64,000 nt of DNA from a virus. Shown one piece after another: positions 1-9,957 of the stretch; within the stretch, counting starts at the first letter, position 1, and each line of letters opens with the position of its first letter. Position numbers and translations under genes: made by a program. The stretch is taken from positions 1-64,000 of IMG/VR virus record IMGVR_UViG_3300027759_000075; one strand, 5' to 3'. Under the pieces are notes generated by a model. That model saw only the letters and a list, made by a program, of their open reading frames with translations. It did no database searches and was not told where the DNA came from.

Positions 1-1
1 T

Positions 2-1474
2 GTGTCCCTAACAAATGATTTATACCTGCGAGTGCGGGGCAATATCATTGACGAACCCACCCACATACATTTTGACACCGGCAACAATCAATACTTCAAT
101 CAGTTCATTGGCGATGACAACAAGTATATACAATTGGCCAACACCGGCAACATCGTGATCAATACTTCCGACTATGCGGGCAACACAGCACAATGGATAT
201 TTAATAACTTTGGCACGTTGTCATTACCGGGCAACATGATCATCAGTGGCAACACTAGTGTATTTGGAGCAAATAGAGCATTGATACAACCAGCTGATGA
301 TCTACCATTAATAGCATTATCATCAGGAGCAAATGGTGCTGTATCATCCATATGGGTAGAAGATATTGCAAATGTCGGCACTAGTAACATAGCGGCCGTG
401 TATGCTAATCCTGTTCCAGGGTCAGGCAATGTTAGAATAGTAGTAGGACAAAATGGTGTTGGCAGTGGTCCTAATCTATGGGACTTTGATACTGCTGGTA
501 CATTGACATTACCAGGTGGCAGCAGACTCAGACCTCTTGGTGCCAACCTGGATATATTTGCCGGTACTGGTAGTTATGTAAACTTGATAACGTCTGATGA
601 GAGCTCTAGTATGGGAGTTGACAACGGTGGTGGCTATGTTGTTACCGCAGGCGGAACTTGGGACTTTGATACTACAGGTAATTTAACAGCTCCTGGCAAC
701 ATCAGTGCTGTTGGCAACGTCTCAGGTAATAACTTAATTGCCACTGGTAATATTGTTCTCACTGGTAGTTTGGTAGGTAGTGGTGCAAGTCCTGCACCAA
801 ACCTGAGTGGATTTAGCTCAATCTCTACCACAGGTGCCACAGGTAATATCAGTGCAAGTGGTAATTTATTAACCGCTGGGTATGTTAGTGCCACAGGCAA
901 CGTCACAGCCGGTAACTTTGTTGGTAACGGTGCGGCTCTAACCAATGTGACTGTGAGTGTGGCTGGCAACATTGTTGGCACACAATCAAATGTGACCCTA
1001 GTAGCTGGAGCATACTCAACTGTGATTGACAACACCGGTAACTTGACACTGCCCGGCAACACATTCTCTGTGAACTATGCCAACAACACACCGGTGGATG
1101 TGGTCACAAGATTTGAGAGCTCGTGGACAGTGCCTGTGGGCAACAGCACTCAGAGTTTCACTGTGACTGCCAGCAATACCTACTACATGTGGGTGGATTG
1201 CAATATTCCCAATGGTATCTTGGTGTGGAACGCCACGGGCACTGTTACCAACACCAATGTGCCTGTGGTGGGTTATCAGTATGCCTGGGTCTACAACGGC
1301 GGAGGCACACCCATTGACTTTACCAGCATACCCAATCAGTTTATAGGCACTGCCAACACCATAGTTCGTAGCAATGTGGCTCCCAGTTCAACCACCAATA
1401 GATTTGACTTTGGCATCAACAACACCAGCGGTGGTAATGTCACTGTGCGTTACGGTTGGATCCAAATCAGTTAA
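2..1474 (+). CDS. Tail fibre-like structural protein (5' truncated)
   Basis: G/N/T/S-rich; WxFxxxGxLxxPG and GNISAxGN repeats; ORF open at window edge. Confidence 0.7.
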   Translation: MSLTNDLYLRVRGNIIDEPTHIHFDTGNNQYFNQFIGDDNKYIQLANTGNIVINTSDYAGNTAQWIFNNFGTLSLPGNMIISGNTSVFGANRALIQPADDLPLIALSSGANGAVSSIWVEDIANVGTSNIAAVYANPVPGSGNVRIVVGQNGVGSGPNLWDFDTAGTLTLPGGSRLRPLGANLDIFAGTGSYVNLITSDESSSMGVDNGGGYVVTAGGTWDFDTTGNLTAPGNISAVGNVSGNNLIATGNIVLTGSLVGSGASPAPNLSGFSSISTTGATGNISASGNLLTAGYVSATGNVTAGNFVGNGAALTNVTVSVAGNIVGTQSNVTLVAGAYSTVIDNTGNLTLPGNTFSVNYANNTPVDVVTRFESSWTVPVGNSTQSFTVTASNTYYMWVDCNIPNGILVWNATGTVTNTNVPVVGYQYAWVYNGGGTPIDFTSIPNQFIGTANTIVRSNVAPSSTTNRFDFGINNTSGGNVTVRYGWIQIS

Positions 1475-1484
1475 TGGATCAACT

Positions 1485-2201
1485 ATGATTATACAAGGTG
1501 TTACACTCAACGGCGTCACTGTAATCGATACCACTCCTATTGTGTCTAGTGGACTGCAATTATATCTTGACGCCAGCAACACCACAAGTTACCCGGGCAC
1601 GGGCACCACTTGGTTTGATCTAAGTGGGCAAGGCAACGATGTTGCGATGCAGAACTCGGGCAGTATTTCGTATACTAGTTCAGGTGGCGGATACTTTACT
1701 TTGGTCAGCAATGGATATTTTAGGCGAGCAACCACCACTGGCGTTCCTACAGGCACAAGTGCTTATACCATGAGTGTATGGGTACAGTGGTCGTCTGGAA
1801 CTTGGCCCGTGTCTGGGGGCATGATCGGTATAGGTAATTCAATTACTACTAATTTAACCAATCAATTCAGGACCACTGGCACTAACACTTTAGTAAACTA
1901 TTGGTTTGGTAATGACCTAAACGCAACCAGCACAGTTAGTCCTGCATCACAATGGTTTAATGCTGTGGCACAATGGGACGGGACCACTAGAAAAATCTGG
2001 GTCAATGGAACACAAATTGCGTCTGCTGGTGCCACAGGACTCAATGTGTCATCAAGTCTACTACAAGTTGGTGCTACCAATACAGGCGGTGCTGAACCAC
2101 TCAGTGGCAGGATTGGCCAGGCTCTGATCTATAATCGTGCGTTGACATCAACAGAAATTCAACAAAACTATAACACAACAAGATCAAGATACGGAGTTTA
2201 A
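1485..2201 (+). CDS. LamG/concanavalin A-like virion protein
   Basis: GLQLYLDA..SYPGTGTTWFDLSG start and IYNRALTSTEIQQNY end; start moved to MIIQG. Confidence 0.8.
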   Translation: MIIQGVTLNGVTVIDTTPIVSSGLQLYLDASNTTSYPGTGTTWFDLSGQGNDVAMQNSGSISYTSSGGGYFTLVSNGYFRRATTTGVPTGTSAYTMSVWVQWSSGTWPVSGGMIGIGNSITTNLTNQFRTTGTNTLVNYWFGNDLNATSTVSPASQWFNAVAQWDGTTRKIWVNGTQIASAGATGLNVSSSLLQVGATNTGGAEPLSGRIGQALIYNRALTSTEIQQNYNTTRSRYGV

Positions 2202-2552
2202 ACTCTTGATATGTTTGCACTCGCCCGCTTGCCATTTTGATGCAGGGCAGGTGCAAGTCCATGAGCCTCTATCATTGGTTACAGTATAAACTGCACCTTT
2301 GCTACCCGGAATCTTATGAGTTTCGCCAACCAAGACCAGTTCCTCCCGAGGAAAGAATCCCCAGATGTTGTTGACTTCTGTAAATTTGCGACCCGAAGCC
2401 TTGAACCGGTATGGAGTGCCCATTTCTTGGATCTCACCGGTGCTGGACTTAACATAGCCATACATCTTGTCCTTTGAATCCGACAAAAAGTATACATGAT
2501 TGGGCATGTCAAACTCTGTCGCCCACTCAGTGATCTCTTTAAACGCCTTCAC
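2184..2552 (-). CDS. SWIM zinc-finger protein
   Basis: WTCTCPA..CKH motif. Confidence 0.7.
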   Translation of the reverse strand: MKAFKEITEWATEFDMPNHVYFLSDSKDKMYGYVKSSTGEIQEMGTPYRFKASGRKFTEVNNIWGFFPREELVLVGETHKIPGSKGAVYTVTNDRGSWTCTCPASKWQAGECKHIKSLNSVS

Positions 2553-2874
2553 GGTTGTACTCCCTAACTATTTTAACTAGTTTATCTCGGTGCATAATGA
2601 TAGTATCTACCACATGAGTGTAGGCTAGTGCATCGTGTCCGCCAATATGCCATTCATACTCGCCCATAGGAGTGTAGCCAACTTTATAGTCATAGATGCT
2701 GGCTACTGTACCATCCTCAAACTTTAACTTCCACTCGCACGTGACCTTGTCCATATCTCTATCGTTAGGGCCCACATCGGGCTGGCCAAAGATTTCGCAT
2801 AGCTCTGCAAATGTAATAGGGAACTCGCCCTTTAATCCAGTCATGTTAATGTTGGCACCATTGGTAAACTTCAT
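2539..2874 (-). CDS. Conserved-looking phage early hypothetical protein
   Basis: DKV..EW..F.DG.VA.IYDYK..WHIGG pattern; coupled to neighbours. Confidence 0.65.
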   Translation of the reverse strand: MKFTNGANINMTGLKGEFPITFAELCEIFGQPDVGPNDRDMDKVTCEWKLKFEDGTVASIYDYKVGYTPMGEYEWHIGGHDALAYTHVVDTIIMHRDKLVKIVREYNREGV

Positions 2875-3086
2875 TATCTCTCCAAGATCACATAGTCGCC
2901 AAAATAGCGATCAAACACTTGCACAAGGTTTTCATAATTGCCTGACTTCATTTCTGCAATAATCATGTCGCCATCTAGGCCTAGCTGACGAGCATACTGC
3001 CCAGCCTGGCCCATTAAAAAGAAAGCATTGCCTTGCGGGCCTGTTAGATCAATTACTGGAGTGCTATCAACCCGGTCTCTAATCAT
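2874..3086 (-). CDS. Small phage hypothetical protein
   Basis: IDLTGPQGNAF..MKSGNYENLV..FD pattern. Confidence 0.65.
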   Translation of the reverse strand: MIRDRVDSTPVIDLTGPQGNAFFLMGQAGQYARQLGLDGDMIIAEMKSGNYENLVQVFDRYFGDYVILER

Positions 3087-3259
3087 GACAACTCCAATTC
3101 TTTTTCTAGTGTAATAAAACCGTCTTCAATACCGTCTTGCAATTCACAAGTTTCAAGACTGTATTCGTGTACCAAGATGCGGCCCAATCTGGTTCGTTCA
3201 TTTGGAGTCAAGTCTGCAATCTGATCGGCAATTTTGAGTAATTTTTCTGTGGTAACCAT
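3083..3259 (-). CDS. Hypothetical protein
   Basis: RBS AAGGAG before MVTTEK. Confidence 0.55.
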   Translation of the reverse strand: MVTTEKLLKIADQIADLTPNERTRLGRILVHEYSLETCELQDGIEDGFITLEKELELS

Positions 3260-3377
3260 ATCTGCTCCTTCTGTTAATAAGTGCTGGTTTTTATTTAGAG
3301 TCAAAAACTAGCAAAAAGCGACTGCAAGTTTCTGGGGTATCAAGGCTCCCCAAGGATCGCACGACCCCATTACAGCC

Positions 3378-3575
3378 TTATCCTGCCATTACTGGGCCAA
3401 GCGATGCTGGCAACGCAATGTTGAGTATTTCACAAACATCTGCAAAACCACATTGGCATTCCATACCAATATACTCAATGTCGTCGGCTTCGAATTCTGC
3501 GTAGTTGTCATAACCCATGTCTTCGCAGATGGCATCTGCTGTTTGGATCACATGATTTTTTCTGTTATAAGCCAT
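3378..3575 (-). CDS. Hypothetical acidic protein
   Basis: RBS TAAGGAGA, intact ORF. Confidence 0.6.
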   Translation of the reverse strand: MAYNRKNHVIQTADAICEDMGYDNYAEFEADDIEYIGMECQCGFADVCEILNIALPASLGPVMAG

Positions 3576-3587
3576 TTTTGGTTCTCC

Positions 3588-3851
3588 TTATCTGCTCAAG
3601 TTCATTACACGACCTTGGAACTCGCTAAACGATACTCTCCAAGGCACAAACATTTCAATGCCAACACGGCCCTTGTCTTCACTATCACTCCATGAATCAC
3701 GGGTCACACGGATCTTGTAGGCTTGGTAACCTTGCTCGGTACTGTGAGCGTCAATCACTTCACCTTCGATAAAACAGTCTTCACGGCCTTTAAGCGGTTT
3801 AAAATCGTATGCTCGAATATAATCGCCTTTTTGAACTTGTAATGTAGTCAT
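3588..3851 (-). CDS. Hypothetical early protein (SH3-like?)
   Basis: Directly after the early promoter and RBS AAAGGAG; start MTTLQV. Confidence 0.65.
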   Translation of the reverse strand: MTTLQVQKGDYIRAYDFKPLKGREDCFIEGEVIDAHSTEQGYQAYKIRVTRDSWSDSEDKGRVGIEMFVPWRVSFSEFQGRVMNLSR

Positions 3852-3881
3852 TTTCTGCTCCTTTATTTTCACTATACATAT

Positions 3882-3910
3882 ATTATAGCAAATAGGCCAT
3901 TTTGGGTCAA
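3882..3910 (-). promoter_or_regulatory. Early sigma70 promoter, cassette copy 1
   Basis: TTGACC-N17-TATAAT. Confidence 0.85.
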
Positions 3911-3927
3911 CCGTTTGGACAGCCCAC

Positions 3928-3952
3928 AAAAAACCCCCTGTTACGGGGGTTT
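3928..3952 (-). terminator. Rho-independent terminator
   Basis: CCCCC/GGGGG stem plus U6 on minus strand. Confidence 0.75.
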
Positions 3953-3964
3953 ACGGTGTTGTTT

Positions 3965-4144
3965 TTATGCCACATCCGCCAGGCTTTTTTCGTGTAGCAT
4001 GTGAGCCAGATTCAAGGCCAAACTTGCGCCAAACCAGGCCATTCGCTTCTCTTCTGGGGTGCCAACGGACTCCAGCATTGCTGTAAGATCTTCGATACTG
4101 GTTGGTGTGGCAAACATACCATTCAACGGAATTGGATTTGACAT
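3965..4144 (-). CDS. Hypothetical 59-aa protein (absent from ORF track)
   Basis: MSNPIPLNGMFATP...; start overlaps upstream stop (TAATG). Confidence 0.55.
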   Translation of the reverse strand: MSNPIPLNGMFATPTSIEDLTAMLESVGTPEEKRMAWFGASLALNLAHMLHEKSLADVA

Positions 4145-4317
4145 TATGCAGTCTTCAAGGTGTTGACTTCGTCAATTTCAAAATTGTCGCCCTCTACCGG
4201 CTCACCAAGATCTATCTCACCTCTGAGCACCTGGTCTATAGCCTCTTCCATTGACTCAGCTTCCACCACCACCCGATAGGCCACTGTTTCACTGCATAAA
4301 ATTTCAAATTTAGACAT
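4144..4317 (-). CDS. Small hypothetical protein
   Basis: VEAESMEEA motif; RBS GGAGG. Confidence 0.55.
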   Translation of the reverse strand: MSKFEILCSETVAYRVVVEAESMEEAIDQVLRGEIDLGEPVEGDNFEIDEVNTLKTA

Positions 4318-4495
4318 AAGCAACCTCCCAACGGGCAATACGGCGTTCAATTTCAGCTTCAAGAATCATCATTATTTCTGTTTCTATTGCTGTACGAGTT
4401 GTTGAATTTTGGAAAGTTTCGAACAGGCTGTCAATTTCTTGCACAGGCATGTTGCGAACAATTTGACGATAGTCAATGTTACGATACTTGGACAT
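4310..4495 (-). CDS. Hypothetical protein
   Basis: RBS AAGGAAG before MSKYRN. Confidence 0.5.
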   Translation of the reverse strand: MSKYRNIDYRQIVRNMPVQEIDSLFETFQNSTTRTAIETEIMMILEAEIERRIARWEVAYV

Positions 4496-4496
4496 A

Positions 4497-4754
4497 TTAT
4501 CTTCCTTCAAAATAAACATTAAAAGCCCGGGCATTCGTTTTAAGAGTACCACTATTCCTGCGGTGCGGGCCACGAAACACCACACGGAATTTATAACCCA
4601 ATTGCTTCAACCGAGGACGAATAGATTCTAACTGATCAATTGGTATCATACGCATCTCAGGATTAGCACCTAGCATGGTATAGATATCTGCAAACCCAGC
4701 AATAAACGATTCTGTTTTAAGTGCTTGAGGAACATACGGCATCTTATTCACCAT
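4497..4754 (-). CDS. Hypothetical protein
   Basis: Operon-coupled ORF; start uncertain. Confidence 0.5.
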   Translation of the reverse strand: MVNKMPYVPQALKTESFIAGFADIYTMLGANPEMRMIPIDQLESIRPRLKQLGYKFRVVFRGPHRRNSGTLKTNARAFNVYFEGR

Positions 4755-5154
4755 CGTATGACAAGTGAGCATGCTTACGATTCCATGCCTCACGGATTTT
4801 TCTAGCTTCTGCTGTGCTGAGTTCTTCAGTTTCAACTTGAGCGCCGACCAAGTGTACCATTGCCTTGTTTGGCACTTTGATTTTAACTACACGAGTGGTC
4901 TTTTTAAACGGATTTTCATCGCGTACCTGAGCAACATAAAATGCTTCAAGTTCCTTGGCACCGTTGGCATGATCCAAACGAAGCAGTTCTTTGGCTGCCG
5001 CTGATTTGCTATAAACATCACCAATAATACGCATATGAACTTCTTCGCCCAGTGCTACCAATTGGTCAACACGTTTTTGGGTTGTGGCAGTACGGAATTT
5101 CATAGTGCCATCTGCTAAACGGCTGTAACCTGCGTAAATAATTGCGTCTTTCAT
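4744..5154 (-). CDS. Hypothetical early protein
   Basis: First gene after promoter copy 2; RBS AAGGAG. Confidence 0.65.
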   Translation of the reverse strand: MKDAIIYAGYSRLADGTMKFRTATTQKRVDQLVALGEEVHMRIIGDVYSKSAAAKELLRLDHANGAKELEAFYVAQVRDENPFKKTTRVVKIKVPNKAMVHLVGAQVETEELSTAEARKIREAWNRKHAHLSYDGE

Positions 5155-5183
5155 TTCGGCTCCTTTTTGTTTACTATAGAACT

Positions 5184-5212
5184 AGTATAACAAATCGGGC
5201 ATTTTTGGTCAA
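5184..5212 (-). promoter_or_regulatory. Early sigma70 promoter, cassette copy 2
   Basis: TTGACC-N17-TATACT. Confidence 0.85.
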
Positions 5213-5634
5213 CCGATTAGCCAGCCCTGCCCAGAATGTTCATGTAGCCAGTGGTAAAAAGGGCGGTCAAATGTTAGTGTCCACTTACCATTAAATCCCA
5301 AGTAACTTGTGGGGTTATTATTATCATGATCATTAACGTATTCAGCTAGATAATCATATTTAGGTATTAATTCAATATTATCTATGGATAATCTACGGAT
5401 AATAACTGCGGTTTCATATTCTAAAGTATAATGTTTATTGGACATTATAACATCAATATTAATCAAATCCATTAATGGTAGATAATCATTGATGATTATT
5501 GAGCTTGATAATCCTGGATAATCATATTCTGTACCGTTAACGATTACTTTAGCTGTAGGATTACCCACCGGTTCTAATTCAATTATTAGATTTAACCTAG
5601 AGTCAATAGCCTGCAGATCGGAATAGGTCTTCAT
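5209..5634 (-). CDS. Hypothetical protein coupled to radical SAM gene
   Basis: Overlaps rSAM 3' end; C-terminal YLGFNGKW..PFY.WLH. Confidence 0.6.
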   Translation of the reverse strand: MKTYSDLQAIDSRLNLIIELEPVGNPTAKVIVNGTEYDYPGLSSSIIINDYLPLMDLINIDVIMSNKHYTLEYETAVIIRRLSIDNIELIPKYDYLAEYVNDHDNNNPTSYLGFNGKWTLTFDRPFYHWLHEHSGQGWLIG

Positions 5635-6901
5635 ATTGGGGTAGGTAAGTTAAAATACTATTACCACGACTGGCTTCTAGTCGTTGTAAATAATATACAA
5701 GATCCGGTAACCTGTGGCTTTCGTCTGCAGCAAATTCAAGATAATTCAAATAACTTCTAGCATCTTGCACAATTTGTTCCTGAGCTCGATTTGGATCTCG
5801 AGTGTTGACGATTTGTTCACTGTTATTAACTAGGTGTGCGTCAATCCATGATTTTAGATTTTGAATTGCTATCTCACGTTGATATTTGGGCAACACACTG
5901 ATTCGAAAAAATGCAGGGTCATCAATAAAATTACAACTTTCTACAGCCGTGCCGTGTTGCCAGGCATAATCATACACTGTGGTCAACTCATGCACAGTCA
6001 AACAAGTGGGAGTGATTCTAAGTTGAATTAACCAGTTGTGTTTGTGCCCTAATGCGGTCCAGCGATCTAATAATTCTTGAGTCTGGGCCTGCTGACTAGG
6101 ATATCGCACATAGTCGTTGACAGGTGTAAGAGTTTCTACGCTCATGCCTAGATGCACTTGTTGAAATTGCGTTAACAACGCAACCACCGAATCTGACCAC
6201 ACAGTGAGATTAGTGGTGAACCCAATGGAGATGTTTTTAGCTAGGTCACTATCAACCAGTGCTGATAATATTTTTTTAAAGCCTGGAGTGATTACCGTTT
6301 CACCACCGAGAAAATGCAAGTATTGTAGATTAGGGCTTGATGTTAAATCCGTGACAAATCGATTTAACAACTCCGGATCATCGCACCAGCTTGCTGGTGG
6401 CACCTGATCAATTAGGCCTATACGTTTAAATTCTGTGGCCAAGGTGCTTGAGCTTTCAGGATTGCAAAACACACAGGCACCATTGCAATAGTTACCTAGA
6501 TCTATTTGCCAATCAGTCACAGTGCGAGTGGTGATACCTTGATTGTTATTGCTGTAGTCAAATGCCGTGCGTAATGGTGAACTGGCTAGACTTTTTTCAA
6601 AGTATTTGTCTTGTACTCCAACTTTGAGCAATTGGCGTTGTCTACCGCTGGGTTTACCGTGCTGTTCCATCACATGGCAATCATTACAAATTGCAGGTGC
6701 GGCTCCTTGTAACAATTCTGTTCTGACCCTGGCCATGTGTGTTTGAAAATATGTTTGCGGTGACACGGTTTTTATGTTGCGAGTAAAGTCAACCCGGGTA
6801 CCACCATCTTTGGCCATCCATCTACATGGTTCGTAGGTGCCCGAGTTTGTAATTCTCATGTGAAACCACGGGCTGGAGCAGAATGTTTTATCGAAACTCA
6901 T
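5603..6901 (-). CDS. Radical SAM protein with N-terminal SPASM/twitch-like domain
   Basis: CNGACVFC, GGE motif, N-terminal C..PW..PC..CxxC. Confidence 0.85.
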   Translation of the reverse strand: MSFDKTFCSSPWFHMRITNSGTYEPCRWMAKDGGTRVDFTRNIKTVSPQTYFQTHMARVRTELLQGAAPAICNDCHVMEQHGKPSGRQRQLLKVGVQDKYFEKSLASSPLRTAFDYSNNNQGITTRTVTDWQIDLGNYCNGACVFCNPESSSTLATEFKRIGLIDQVPPASWCDDPELLNRFVTDLTSSPNLQYLHFLGGETVITPGFKKILSALVDSDLAKNISIGFTTNLTVWSDSVVALLTQFQQVHLGMSVETLTPVNDYVRYPSQQAQTQELLDRWTALGHKHNWLIQLRITPTCLTVHELTTVYDYAWQHGTAVESCNFIDDPAFFRISVLPKYQREIAIQNLKSWIDAHLVNNSEQIVNTRDPNRAQEQIVQDARSYLNYLEFAADESHRLPDLVYYLQRLEASRGNSILTYLPQYEDLFRSAGY

Positions 6902-7491
6902 TAATCTCTTTTTGTAATAATCCTGTCGGCCAAGCCGTATGCAACTGCTTCCTCGGCACTCATAAAGTTATCACGTTCCATATCCGCAGTGAGTTCTTCA
7001 AAGGTTTTACTAGCGGTATTGTGCGTAACGTAAATCTCTGTTAGGTATTTTTTCATTTTAAGTATTTCTTGTGCTTGAATCTGGATATCTGTTGCTTGCC
7101 CATGTGTGCCTCCGCTGGGTTGGTGGATCATGTGTCGGGCATTGGGCAGAATCAACCGCTTGCCTGCGGCTCCGGCTTGTGCTAAACATGATCCCATACT
7201 ACATGCTTGTCCCATTACTACTGTGCTCACATCGGGTTTGATAAAGTTCATGGTATCATATATGGCCATCCCGGCCGTCACTTCGCCACCACCTGAATTA
7301 ACATACACATATATATCTTTGTCTGGATCTTCACTTTCCAAAAACAGCAGTTGAGCCACAATAACATGACTCATTTCGGTACTAATTGCACCATTGATAA
7401 AAACTGTTCTATCCTTTAACAACCTGGAAAAAATATCAAATGATCTTTCCCCTTTTGCTGTCTGCTCAATCACCATTGGAACTAAATTCAT
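6901..7491 (-). CDS. clpP: ATP-dependent Clp protease proteolytic subunit
   Basis: [16 protein letters not shown] (catalytic Ser), [13 protein letters not shown]. Confidence 0.97.
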   Translation of the reverse strand: MNLVPMVIEQTAKGERSFDIFSRLLKDRTVFINGAISTEMSHVIVAQLLFLESEDPDKDIYVYVNSGGGEVTAGMAIYDTMNFIKPDVSTVVMGQACSMGSCLAQAGAAGKRLILPNARHMIHQPSGGTHGQATDIQIQAQEILKMKKYLTEIYVTHNTASKTFEELTADMERDNFMSAEEAVAYGLADRIITKRD

Positions 7492-7541
7492 AATTTTACT
7501 TTCTATACATAAATAAACATACTAAACATAAACAAACCATT

Positions 7542-8270
7542 ATGCCAAAAACACTTACAACCGCAGATTTTATCAATAGAGCCAATAAAATACACAATAA
7601 TTTTTATGACTATTCACATGTAGTATACACTAACATGCACACTAAAGTCAAGATTATTGATCCAGAGCTAGGAGAATTTTGGCAAGCACCTTTAGGGCAC
7701 ATCGGACAAAAACAAGGGCACCCGGGCCGCCGTTATGTAAAAATGGCCAACAAACGACGCAAACCAATAGAAGTATTCATACAGCAATCAAGAGAAAAAC
7801 ACGGTGTTTTGTATGACTATTCAAAAGTTGTTTATACCACCGTTGATACTAAAGTATGTATCATTGACCCAGAGTATGGAGAATTTTGGCAAAGCCCATA
7901 TCAGCACCTAAATTCGCACGGTTGTCCGGCTAGAACTGCGGAAAAAAAGTGGGTCATACATTATGATCATATTATACCGTTGTCTATCTTAAACACAGCA
8001 AATAGATCATTTAACAAATGGTATATCAGTCGTCCATTATATAAATTTCTTAACAGCGATATAAATTTAAAACCAGTTACTGCAAAGTTTAATTGTGACA
8101 AAAGTGATTTTGTTACTATTAATGGAAAAAAAGTTTCTGCTAGTTCTGTTAGAAACAATTACAATATCATAGCTCATCTAATTAGTAAGCTATTAAATGT
8201 TGATCCTACAAAAATTATCAAAGAAGATCAACAATTTGTCAATGACTACTTTGGGATTAGTGATAAGTAA
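7542..8270 (+). mobile_element. Free-standing HNH homing endonuclease with DUF723-like repeats
   Basis: Two YDYS.V.Y....KV.IIDPE.GEFWQ repeats, then DHIIPLS..N; AT-rich. Confidence 0.7.
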
Positions 8271-8275
8271 ACTAT

Positions 8276-9952
8276 ATGCGTGATATTCTAAACTTACTTG
8301 ATTCTATACTAACCGAAGCCGCCGGCGGCATGAGCAAAAGATGGCTGGAAAGCCAGCAAAGTCCCATCTACTTTTTGGATGTCCAGGGCAACAGATACAC
8401 CATAGACAATCTAGTATTATTTCCATTAGAGCAACCCGTTTTACCCGTGGCCGAGCTTGGTGTTGAAGTTGAAGACACTATCACTCAGATGGGGCTGACT
8501 CGGCAAAATATTACATTTGTAAATCGCATGCCGGCCAAACAAGGTGCAGGTATGCTTATCATCATGAAAGACCAAAACGGTAAATTGTTTCCGTTTTTCA
8601 AATTTTTTCCTAAACGTGAAATGGACCCCTTGGGCATGCACTATAGTCCAGCGGATTTTGAAAGAGAAACAGGTCTAGCTTGGCAACAAACTCGTGTCAC
8701 TGGTACAGGTAAAGATCGCAAAGAAGAAGTTATCAGCCGGATTGAACTAAAACCAAAACAAGCTGTGCCTACTAATACTAATTTGGCCATTTCGTCTGTG
8801 CCTGCACAGTCTTACACCAAGCTGGCCTCAGATCCCAAAGTAGGACCTGAACTGGCACAAAAATTGCAAACATTGCTGAAGAATACCCTCAACGGCAGTA
8901 CAGAACCTGTGCCAGGCTTGGTTCCTTACGAGCGAGATATCAGAGTAGACTTTGGAGAAGTAGCCGCTCCTTTGGGTCTAGTGGCTGGCGCTCACGTGGG
9001 AGGTAGTTACAGTAAGGTTCAAAACGAACTGTTAGGACCTTTGGGTGTGAGTTGGGGCTCGGCCAATCAGGTTTTTTACCCCGACGCTGGCAACGAACCA
9101 TTATATGACAGCCAGATCATGTGGCCCAATGGTGAAAAACTACGTATCAGCAACAAGGCCGAAGGCAAAGGCGGAGCCGCCAGCACTACTAGTATTTTAG
9201 AAATCATAGACAAATATCCCGAACGCTTTAGCAACGAAGACAAGGCCATGCTGGCGCCAGACGGTAAGTATGGAGATTTTGTTACGGCGTTGAGAACCAT
9301 TGCAGGCGCAAAAGGGTATGAAGGTCCAGTCAAGTTGGCGCAGGAATTTAAATATATTGATTCCGCTGATGCAGAAAACGCCCTGGAAAATCTTGCGGCC
9401 AAGACCAACGATATAAATTTGTTAACACCAAAGCTACAAGAGATTGTCAATGATAAAAGCATCTTTAATGCACAAACAGACAAACCCGACTACAAGGTCT
9501 GTTATAATGCAATTGCAAGTCTAGCAAGACTTGTAGTCAAACATCTCAATGCCGACATTGGTCTGACCACAGAATTCTTCAAGTTCATGTTGAGTCGTGC
9601 TAACTTGATCCAAGTCAATCAGTTCACAGAACGGAAAGATGATGGTGTGGCCTTCAGCAGATTTGATGTGATATGGCCTCCAAATTTCACAGGCAAGATC
9701 AAGTTCAGTGCAAGTGATTTCCAAAGCAATAAAAAAGCCACTTCACGCTTGGCGTTTAGTGTGGGCAACGAACGAGCCACCAAGACCAAAGATGCCGACA
9801 CACAAACACAAGAACCCAATACTGGGATTGCTGATCCAGAAAAACTAGATGCAGTCACTCAACAAAGAAGTGGTGTCACGGCCCGTGCTGGTGGTGTTGA
9901 TCCTGAGAAATTAGGCAGTGAAAAAACTCTTGGACGCAAACGTCAGAAATAA
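8276..9952 (+). CDS. Putative internal head protein with PD-(D/E)xK-like nuclease motif
   Basis: Propeptide-like MRDILNLLDSILTE; FGE..NEPLYDS..ISNK. Confidence 0.5.
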   Translation: MRDILNLLDSILTEAAGGMSKRWLESQQSPIYFLDVQGNRYTIDNLVLFPLEQPVLPVAELGVEVEDTITQMGLTRQNITFVNRMPAKQGAGMLIIMKDQNGKLFPFFKFFPKREMDPLGMHYSPADFERETGLAWQQTRVTGTGKDRKEEVISRIELKPKQAVPTNTNLAISSVPAQSYTKLASDPKVGPELAQKLQTLLKNTLNGSTEPVPGLVPYERDIRVDFGEVAAPLGLVAGAHVGGSYSKVQNELLGPLGVSWGSANQVFYPDAGNEPLYDSQIMWPNGEKLRISNKAEGKGGAASTTSILEIIDKYPERFSNEDKAMLAPDGKYGDFVTALRTIAGAKGYEGPVKLAQEFKYIDSADAENALENLAAKTNDINLLTPKLQEIVNDKSIFNAQTDKPDYKVCYNAIASLARLVVKHLNADIGLTTEFFKFMLSRANLIQVNQFTERKDDGVAFSRFDVIWPPNFTGKIKFSASDFQSNKKATSRLAFSVGNERATKTKDADTQTQEPNTGIADPEKLDAVTQQRSGVTARAGGVDPEKLGSEKTLGRKRQK

Positions 9953-9957
9953 AGATC

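Noticed and set aside
2184-2552. MKAFKEITE as a capsid-targeting sequence
   Set aside because: Gene ends an operon of small early-type genes and is a SWIM protein; match is probably chance
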